From Octopus sinensis (Eukaryota), in assembly GCF_006345805.1 (NCBI RefSeq), contig NW_021825917.1, forward strand, positions 1-14,011: a stretch of 14,011 nucleotides of DNA. Reading direction: 5' to 3'. The first letter of the stretch is position 1. Each line of letters begins with the position of its first letter. Position numbers and translations under genes: made by a program. Shown one piece after another: positions 1 through 7,703 of the stretch. A model generated the notes under the pieces. The model made no database searches. It saw only the letters and a list, made by a program, of their open reading frames with translations, and was not told the origin of the DNA.

Positions 1-20
1 ATTGGTGTATATACATATTA

Positions 21-24
21 TATG

Positions 25-55
<31 letters not shown>

Positions 56-97
56 TGTATGTATGTATGTATGTATGTAATGTATGTATGTATGTAT
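21..97. repeat. (TATG)n microsatellite
   Basis: Near-perfect tandem TATG run. Confidence 0.95.
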
Positions 98-267
98 AAA
101 GACATTTGTATAAGGTATTACGTTGCTGGATGGAACCTAAGATATGATGATAATAAAGCATACTTCATAAGTACTCTGTAAGCGTATATAAGACCTCGGA
201 GGTCGTTATAGATCTGGACAAAACTCACAAGAGAAGGGCTGGCCCATCAAATGGAACCCAGGACTCT

Positions 268-555
268 ATTTTAGCGATTCAACGAAGGGGCGAAAAGCAA
301 GGTTGGCATCGGATGGACTTCAAATCAGAAATTGCGATCAATGTCACAAGTTACCAACGCTCTAACGATTCTACCACAGCACCCCGCTCCTATAATTATT
401 TCAAATTTTGGGGCAAGTTCAGCCATTTTGAGGCGAGGGTCTTAATTGATAGGTCAACATAAATACTTGACTGGTACTTTATTTTGTCGACCTCGGAAGG
501 ATGAAAGCCAAAATTGACCTTGGCGGCACTGGAAACTACGATTTAAAACGACGCG
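268..555 (-). mobile_element. Two heavily decayed tandem SINE family A remnants
   Basis: Degenerate matches to blocks of the young copies in this window: ACTGGTACTTTATTTTGTCGACCTCGGAAGGATGAAAGCCAAAATTGACCTTGGCGG and CTAACGATTCT (reverse complement of the A-box region). Boundaries approximate. Confidence 0.6.
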
Positions 556-570
556 ATAATGGTTGTGTCT

Positions 571-808
571 TTTTTCTTTCACTTGTTTCAGTCATGTGAC
601 TGTGGCCATGCTGGAGCACCGCCTTTAGTCAAACAAATCGACCCCGGGACTTATTCTTTGTAATCCTAGTACTTATTTTATCGGTGTCTTTTGCCGACAC
701 GCTAACATCGGTTGACAAGCGATGGTGGGGGGACAAACACACACATATATGTATATCTACGACAGGCTTCTTTCAGTTTCCGTCTAATAAATCCACTCAC
801 AAGGCTTT
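571..808 (-). mobile_element. SINE family B, 5'-truncated copy (3' tail at left, internal CA/TA microsatellite)
   Basis: Shares CTGTGGCCATGCTGGAGC...GTACTTATT...TTGCCGA...GCTAA...GATTGACAAG with the copy at 10562-10780. A-rich tail and 3' hairpin on the minus strand. Resembles a common Octopus SINE (recalled). Confidence 0.75.
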
Positions 809-816
809 ATATATAC

Positions 817-860
817 GGCCGCAGCTCTGAGCTGAAACTAGAAAAAAAATAGAAAAAAAA
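817..860 (+). mobile_element. Isolated SINE 3' tail remnant related to family B (hairpin plus (TAGAAAAAAAA)2)
   Basis: GGCCGCAGCTCTGAGCTGAAACTAG aligns with the family B tail GGCCACAGTCACATGACTGAAACAAG. Confidence 0.5.
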
Positions 861-1086
861 TATATATATTACATATATATATATATATATAACATATATA
901 AATATATATAATAGTATAGATAGATAGATAGATAGATAGATATATAGATAGATAGATAGAGATAGATAGATAGATAGTAATATCGATAGATAGATAGATA
1001 TGTAACGTTGCACATATATGTATATATGTATGTGTGTATATATATGTGTATGTATGTATGTATGTATGTATGTATGTATGTTATAT
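861..1086. repeat. Compound (TA)n/(TAGA)n/(TATG)n microsatellite
   Basis: Direct inspection. Confidence 0.95.
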
Positions 1087-1304
1087 GTAGCCATAGACTT
1101 TCTGAGGACTGTGTGCCCGGTGGTAGAAGAGGAGGTGTTGGGCGACCGGGAGGGTTGAGGTTATGTAGGAAAGATTAGAACACTTAACGACCGGATGGCA
1201 TGCTGAAAGGACGGCGGGACATCACCTCCACCATAGGGTTTGTCAGAATATAGGTCTGTTATTTTTAGGGTCTCATGTACAACATTGTATAAATAACCAA
1301 ATTA

Positions 1305-1498
1305 TACGCACGCAGACACACGCACACAACCACACGCTCACACACATACACACACGAACACATTGAGGAATGTGACATCAATACACAGTAGAATATATGT
1401 AATATAAACATATATAGGATATTATACACGCAAGCACGTAATCACATGTATATATATATACATAAATTACACACATACATATACGCATGCGCGCGTAC

Positions 1499-1534
<36 letters not shown>

Positions 1535-1965
1535 CCATACAGACACGCACACATACACACACAAACACAAATATATATATATACATATATATATAGATAT
1601 ATAGATATATATATATATATGTATGTATGTATATATGGATATAGATTGATAGATATAGATATATAGATATGTATATATGGGGCCCGTAGGTATATGCGCA
1701 CGTTTTGACGCATGACCTTGCATATATGCGTACAATATGTATATTTATATTAAATGAATATGTGTGTGTGTATACATGCACGCACACACACCTATATGTA
1801 CGTGTATGTACGTGTTTATATATATGTATATATATATATAAATATATATACATATACATGTATATATACACATGTATATATATATATATATATATATATA
1901 CATACATACATACATACATACATACATACATACATACATACATACATGTATACATATATACACAC
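1305..1965. repeat. Compound (CA)n/(TA)n/(TAGA)n/(CATA)n low-complexity block
   Basis: Direct inspection; source of the I/Y/H/T-rich spurious ORFs. Confidence 0.9.
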
Positions 1966-2067
1966 ATAATTAAAGAGTTAACGATTCACCGCTGTTTAAT
2001 TATAAATACCAACTTTATATAACCAGTTGAGTGCGCTGTCCTTTGCACGCAACAACGCGCACGCTGC

Positions 2068-2186
2068 ATGTATGTATATATATATATATTGTATGTATGT
2101 ATGTATGCATGTGTGTGTGTGTATCGCATACATATATGTGTGTATGAATGCGTGTACGGATGTGTATACACACGCGCGCGCGCGCA
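2068..2186. repeat. (TA)/(TATG)/(TG) microsatellite ending in (CG)6 at 2173-2184
   Basis: Direct inspection. Confidence 0.9.
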
Positions 2187-2628
2187 CAAAGAAGGTGATT
2201 TGGTAAAACAAACAGGATAAATAAAACCACAATCCATGAATAAATACATTGTATTATCTTTAATCGGCAGAACTTCCAAGGTGGCTCAGAGGACCCATTA
2301 GAAGTACACCACACGCATTAAATGCCAAGAAGGTTCGCCAAGGACGGCGAAACTATAAAGTCATTCGCACCATCTATTATAAAGAATCTATTTTCTTGAC
2401 TCTGCCTTTCATATTGAGCACTCTATGTGTTAACGATTTATCAGAAATTCATATATACTAAAAACCGCAGCGAGAATCAAACTGTCTTTCCCTCATTGCT
2501 TGATGACTCCTTGAGATTATCACATTTTTGCCGTTAAGTGTTTGTATACTTTCTCTCGAAGCGAAATATAGTTTCAGTAAATGGAAGATGTTATTTAGAA
2601 TGGTATTTAGTATATTTTGTAGAAATTC

Positions 2629-2760
2629 GTGGCCAAGTCGTTGGGGCGTTGCATTCACGCTCGCTGGATCGTGGTTTCGATTCCCTGTCCGGTTGGTGCG
2701 TCGTGTTCTTGAGCAAAACACTTCATTTCATGCTGCTCCGGCCCAATCGGTTGTAAATAG
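2629..2760 (+). mobile_element. tRNA-derived SINE family C with CORE-like central domain
   Basis: A-box-like TGGCCAAGTCG (2630-2640), B-box-like GGTTTCGATTCC (2673-2684), then GTGTTCTTGAGCAAAACACTTCATTTCA...TGTAAAT, resembling the recalled CORE motif GTGACCTTGGGCAAGTCACTT...CTGTAAAAT. Second copy at 8990-9211 (-). Confidence 0.75.
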
Positions 2761-3168
2761 ACTGGCTTTCCACTGGATTGTCCTTCCGATGGACTGGCCT
2801 TCCAATGGACTTGCCTTCCGACGGACTGGCTTTCCGACGGACTGGCCTTCCAACGGACTGGCCTTCCGATGGACTTGCCTTCCGACGAACTGGCCTTCCG
2901 ATGGACTGGCCTTCCAATGGACTTGCCTTCCACTAGATTGGCCTTCCGACGGACTGACCTTCCGATGGACTGGCCTTCCGACGGACTGCCTTCCGACGGA
3001 CTGGCCTTCCGATGGACTGGCCTTCCGACGGACTGGCCTTCCGACGGACTGCCTTCCGACGGACTGGCCTTCCGATGGACTGGCCTTCCGACGGACTGCC
3101 TTCCGACGGACTGGCCTTCCGATGGACTGGCCTTCCGATAGACTGGCCTTCCGATAGACCGGCCTTCC
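2756..3168 (+). repeat. 16-bp minisatellite (GAYGGACTGGCCTTCC), 26 units, three of them 15 bp
   Basis: Units counted by hand from 2756 to 3168. Confidence 0.97.
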
Positions 3169-3171
3169 GAT

Positions 3172-3202
<31 letters not shown>

Positions 3203-3353
3203 CGATGATGATGGTGATGGTGGTGGCGGTGGTGATGGTGACAATGATGGTGATGACGAGGATGATGGTGAGGAGGATGAGGATGAGGATAATGATGATG
3301 GTGAGGGTGGTGGTGGTGGTGATGGTGACAATGATGATGACGACAATGATGAT
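3169..3353. repeat. Compound (GAT)n/(GGT)n/(GAG) trinucleotide microsatellite
   Basis: Direct inspection; begins seamlessly with the GAT of the last minisatellite unit. Confidence 0.95.
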
Positions 3354-3529
3354 GCTGAAAATACCAGCCAATCATAGTAGATTTATAACTGTTACACTTG
3401 CCCGTCATTCATTAGTCAGGTGTGGCAGTGATTAGCATGAAATATTAACCAAATTAAAGATATCTAAACAAAATGTGCAAGAGTTCGATTCCCAGCAGGG
3501 TCGTTGTTACTTCTTTTTTTTTTATTTTA

Positions 3530-3794
3530 GGTATGTGTCTGTGTGTCCTCCCCCCACATGTGTACGAGTATGAGAATGCGTGTGTTGCTGTTTGTGTGTG
3601 CATTTGCGTGTATGTGTGCGTGTGCGTGTGTCTGTGTGTCTGTGCGTGTCTCTGTGTGTATGCAGGTGGGTGGAAGTGTATGTATTCGTGTAAAAATGTG
3701 TCGCTTACACATTGCCCTCACACACATCTTCAACCATATATACGCACAGCAGCGCACACATACACACACTCCTATAACAGCATACCTACACCAG

Positions 3795-3841
<47 letters not shown>

Positions 3842-3870
3842 CACATACATAGAGAGCGCCACCTACACAC
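3530..3870. repeat. Degenerate (TG)n followed by (CA)n/(TA)n
   Basis: Direct inspection. Confidence 0.85.
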
Positions 3871-3959
3871 TCAGACACACGGACAGAAGCAGCAGGTTTA
3901 TGGATGTCGAAGCCTCCAGGGAGATATCTATTAACACCAATGAGCGGTGAGTGAAAATA

Positions 3960-4306
3960 AAATGTGTGTATATAGCGTGTGTATGTGTGTGTGTATTTGT
4001 GCGTGTGTATGTGTGTCTGCGTGTGTGTGTGTGTATGTTTGTGCGTGTGTCTTTGTGTGTCTGTGCGTGTGTGTGTGTGTGTTTGTGTGTCTGCGCGTGT
4101 GTGTGTGTGTGTGTGTGTCTGTGTGTGTGTGTCTATGTGTGTGTGTGTGTGTGTCTGTCTGCGTGTGTGTGTGTCTTTGTGTTTGTGTGTGTGTGTGTTT
4201 GTGTGTTTGTGTGTGTGTTTGTGTGCCTGCGTGTGTGTGTGTTGTGTGTTTGTGAGTGTGTGTTTGTATGTGTGTGTGTTTGTGCGTGTGTGTGTTTGTG
4301 CGTGTA

Positions 4307-4344
<38 letters not shown>

Positions 4345-4590
4345 GAGATAGAGAGAGAGAGAGAGAGAGAAAGAGGGAGATGGTAGAGAGAGAGAGAGAG
4401 TAGAAAGAGAGACAGACAGACAGACAGACGTAGATAGTCAGGCATATATATGCGGGAATGAGACGAAAGCAGAAAGGTAAGAGAGAGGCAAAGGTAACTT
4501 GTGGGAAAGAGACAGACAGACAAATAGAGAGAAAGAGAGAGGCGGGGGGAGAGATAGAAAGAGAGAGAGAGATAGAAAGAGAGAGAGAGT
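3960..4590. repeat. Long imperfect (TG)n, then (TA)n, (GA)n/(GACA)n polypurine tract
   Basis: Direct inspection. Confidence 0.95.
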
Positions 4591-4734
4591 GTTGCGTATA
4601 ATTTGGCACCGTTTGATAATTTATTGCTGGTAAAAACTAACAAATGTGGGATGTGACGGTGGGGTGGTGGGTGGTAGTTGAATGGATCGAGGGTATGTGG
4701 TGGGGGGATCAGTAAGGGTCAATAAGGGTCGTTA

Positions 4735-4760
<26 letters not shown>
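4735..4760. repeat. (GA)n microsatellite in G-rich context
   Basis: Direct inspection. Confidence 0.95.
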
Positions 4761-4767
<7 letters not shown>

Positions 4768-4931
4768 AGTGGTGGAGGGTAGGGATAAAGAGTGAGTGTG
4801 GCGGGGGTGAGGGGATTATTGTTTACAACTTTGCGCTCCATTAAACCAATTGGTCGAGATGATATTTAAAACATTGAAGTGTTTGTTGTTGTAGTTGTCG
4901 TTGGCGGTGGTGGTGGTAATAGAGACGGCGA

Positions 4932-5349
4932 AAGGTGGCCAGATGGCAGAACTGGTAGCGCGCCGGGCGAAATGCTAAGCAGTATTTAGTCTGCCGTTAC
5001 GTTCTGAGTTCAAATTCCGCCGAGGTCGACTTTGCCCTTCATCCTTTCGGGGTCGATTAAATAAGTACCAGTTACGCGCTGGGATCGATATAATCGACTT
5101 AATCCGTTTGTCTGCCCTTGTTTGTTCCCTCTGTGTTTAGCCCCTTGTGGGTAGTAAAGAAATAGGTATTTCGTCTGCCGTTACGTTCTGAGTTCGAATT
5201 CCGTCGAGATCGACTTTGCCTTTCATCCTTTCGGTGTCGATTAAATAAGTACCAGTTACGCACTGGGGTCGATATAATCGACTTAATTCCTTTGTCTGTC
5301 CTTGTTCGTCCCCTCTGTGTTTAGCCCCTTGTGGGTAGTAAAGAAATAG
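4932..5349 (+). mobile_element. Young tRNA-derived SINE family A, dimer (one head plus two 184-bp body units)
   Basis: A-box TGGCAGAACTGG (4944-4955), B-box GAGTTCAAATTCC (5006-5018). Unit repeats from 4982 to 5166 (period 184). Tail GTAGTAAAGAAATAG. The central GCCTTTCATCCTTTCGGGGTCGATTAAATAAGTACCAG resembles the recalled Meta/MESC SINE domain (unverified). Confidence 0.9.
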
Positions 5350-5510
5350 ATATGGGCCGGTTTAAATGCTAAAGGGAGAAATCCGGTTTGCTTCGTTATA
5401 CACTAAATTCCCTCTGAGCGGAATGAAAAAACCACGTCGAGCCTGGTTCCAATTCAAAAACCGGAGAATGAAAACGAAACTGTGCTGAATATTTCATTGA
5501 AAGATCGGTG

Positions 5511-5691
5511 CAACGCCTGAAATTCGAGGGAGGATATCATCGTTCAAGTGAATGACTGGAATTTTATTTTATCGATCCTGGAGGATTAAAAGACAAAATC
5601 GATTGCTGTAGGATTTGAACTCAGAACGCTGAAACAAATATTATGAGTCCTTGTTTTCACCCCACCCCCGCCTCAGATGCTCTAACGATTC
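5511..5691 (-). mobile_element. Old, decayed SINE family A host copy (CAAGGCCTGAAATT-type tail) interrupted at its A box
   Basis: CAACGCCTGAAATT tail, GGATTTGAACTCAGAACG B-box region, ends at CTAACGATTCT. Confidence 0.65.
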
Positions 5692-6115
5692 TTATTTCTT
5701 TACTGCCCACAAGGGGCTAAACATAGAGGGGACATATAAGGACAGACAAAGGAATTAAGTCGATTACATCGACCCCAGTGCGTAACTGGTACTTATTTAA
5801 TCGACTCCCGATTGGATGAAAAGCAAAGTCGACCACGGCGGAATTTGAACTCAGAACGTAGCGGCAGACGAAATACCTATTTCTTTACTACACACAAGGG
5901 GCAAAATGAAAACATAGAGGGGACAAACAAGGACAGACAAAGGAATTAAGTCGATTACATCGACCCCAGTGCATAACTGGTACCTATTTAATCGACCCCG
6001 AAAGGATGAAAGGCAAAGTCGACCTCGGTAGAATTTGAACTCAGAACGTAGCGGCAGACGAAATACCGCTAAGCATTTCGCCCGGTGTGCTAACGTTTCT
6101 GCCAGCTCGCTGCTT
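5692..6115 (-). mobile_element. Young SINE family A dimer
   Basis: Two body units (CTCAGAACG at 5850 and 6040; period 190 with an insertion of about 6 bp) and a head ending GCCAGCTCGC at 6101-6110. Confidence 0.9.
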
Positions 6116-6179
6116 GAGGGCGTGAAACTTAGTCCATCGTCTTAACTACTCGTCTGCGATGACCAAGTCTAAGAATTCG

Positions 6180-6785
6180 TTCTAGTGTAGGTACAAGGCC
6201 TGAAATTTTGAGGTGGGGGAGACGATTACATTTGTACTTTTATTTTTCATCGACCTCGTAAGAATAAAATGCAAAGTCGGCCTCAGTGGAATTTGAACTC
6301 AAAGCATAAAGCCGGAAGAAATACCGCTAAGCACTTTGTCCGGTACATTAACGATTAACAACCCGAGGCCAGCAATCTAGAAGAGGTGGGGTTAGTCGAT
6401 ACTATTGACCCCAGAACTTAACTGGTACATTATTTTATCCACCCTGAAAAGATGAAGAGAAAAGTTGACTTCGGTGGGATTCGAACACAGAACATAAAGT
6501 CGGAAGAAAAGTGCCAAGCATTTTGTTCGACGCACTAACGATTCTACCAATCCACAGCAACAACAATAATGATTCTTTCACAAGGCCTGAAATTTCGGTG
6601 GGAGGGACTAGTCGATCATATCGACCCCAGTGCTCGATTGGTACTTCTTTTATCGATCTCGAAAGGATGAAAAGACACGTCGATCTCGATGGAATTTGAA
6701 TTCAGACCGTCGTAAAGACGGACGAAATGCCGCTTAGCATTTTCTCCGGTGCACTTACGATTCTGTCAGCTCACAACCTTCGCCT
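6180..6785 (-). mobile_element. Three head-to-tail older SINE family A copies (about 6180-6360, 6380-6550, 6570-6785)
   Basis: Each shows the GGTAC(T/A)TT-ATCGA-GATGAAA-GGAATTTGAACTCA-GAAATACCGCTAAGCA-CTAACGATT block order, with many substitutions. Confidence 0.75.
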
Positions 6786-6813
6786 TAATAATAAAATGAC
6801 GATAATTTGTTTC

Positions 6814-7238
6814 GGATCTTTTCGGTTTGAACGGCAGTTTTTTTTAATAATTTCCACGTAACTAAACACTTTTAAACTTCGCATACTGGTAGAATATGTT
6901 TATAAAACATCTTTTTCTCCTGGCTTTATTGAGAAAATTCTATAGTCTGTAAGATATTTGTTGTTTTTTTTTCTTCAATTTCTGCAATTTCAACCAATCA
7001 ATGACGTCTGTTGAGATGAAAACATTCTGTGCCGTATGAATATGTCCCTCGTTTAAGAAACAGATTGGGTTTATTTACATTTCTGAAGAAAAAAAAGATG
7101 CCCTTCCCCCCACCTATAACCCTAACCCTAACCCTAAAACAGATTGAAATGCAATAGATCGATACTTGGCTCATAATTATGGGTGACAATTTCATATGAC
7201 ACCGCTAGAAAAAACTGCCGTTCAAACCGAAAAGATCC
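6814..7238. mobile_element. 425-bp MITE (non-autonomous DNA transposon), 30-bp perfect TIRs, 8-bp TSD
   Basis: GGATCTTTTCGGTTTGAACGGCAGTTTTTT (6814-6843) is the exact reverse complement of 7209-7238. TTTGTTTC is directly repeated at 6806-6813 and 7239-7246. No transposase ORF. Confidence 0.95.
7117..7137 (-). repeat. Interstitial telomeric-type repeat (TTAGGG)3.5 inside the MITE
   Basis: TAACCCTAACCCTAACCCTAA. Confidence 0.9.
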
Positions 7239-7703
7239 TTTGTTTCTAACATTGATGCATGTGTAATGTTGGGAAAACAGGGCAAAATCGGTACGAATCT
7301 ACCCCAGAATGGGGAAAGGAAAAGTTGTCTCTTGTAAAATTCGAACTTACAACGTAAAAGAGAGAGACTTTACACTATAAACGATCGAGTTTGCCATTCA
7401 CGAATCTACTTAAATAACATTCACATCTGTGACAACAACAACAAAACTAACAAAACAATATGTTGAATTTAAATGCAAATTAGAACGATTAGCTCAACCA
7501 TAATGTGTATATGTCAATATATATTTCAACACACATACATGTGGGTGTATACATACATATTTGTGTATGTTTGTATGTAGGTGAGAGAGAAAGAGAGAGA
7601 GATTAAAAGAAAAATTATAAATAAGAAATAAAATAATACAATATCTTCTTTCAAAGTCGCATTCCATGACAGGGAAATAAACTGAAGGTTTGTGTATGGA
7701 ATC

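Noticed and set aside
187-210. Hairpin TATAAGACCT-CGG-AGGTCGTTATA
   Set aside because: A single 10-bp bulged stem with no context supporting function; plausible by chance in 14 kb.
817-841. Helitron 3' end (hairpin followed by CTAG)
   Set aside because: CTAG is followed by A rather than the T expected of an A|T target, no 5' TC end was found, and the segment aligns better to the SINE-B tail.
807-2314. Many 70-150 aa ORFs rich in I/Y/H/T/C/V on both strands
   Set aside because: They are translations of (TA)n, (TATG)n, (CA)n and (TAGA)n repeats, which lack stops in several frames; no domain-like sequence.
2756-3168. Possible CRISPR array
   Set aside because: Repeats are directly tandem with no unique spacers, no cas genes are present, and the context is eukaryotic.
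2528-3435. Long ORFs (209-238 aa) with poly-His, poly-Asp/Gly, poly-Ser or TDWPSDGLAFRR repeats
   Set aside because: Products of a SINE-derived 16-bp minisatellite (period not a multiple of 3) and a GAT/GGT microsatellite; nearly all frames are open, indicating low complexity rather than coding.
3473-4643. Cys-Val and His-Thr repeat ORFs up to 285 aa
   Set aside because: Translations of (TG)n, (CA)n and (GA)n tracts.
4648-4815. G-quadruplex cluster
   Set aside because: G-rich, but loops between G3 tracts are mostly long and irregular; no canonical motif could be supported.
4937-5025. tRNA gene at SINE heads (also 2629, 6110, 9211, 12149)
   Set aside because: A and B boxes are present but I cannot fold a proper cloverleaf, and each continues into a SINE body.
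7117-7137. True telomere or chromosome-fusion relic
   Set aside because: Only 3.5 units and enclosed within MITE TIRs.
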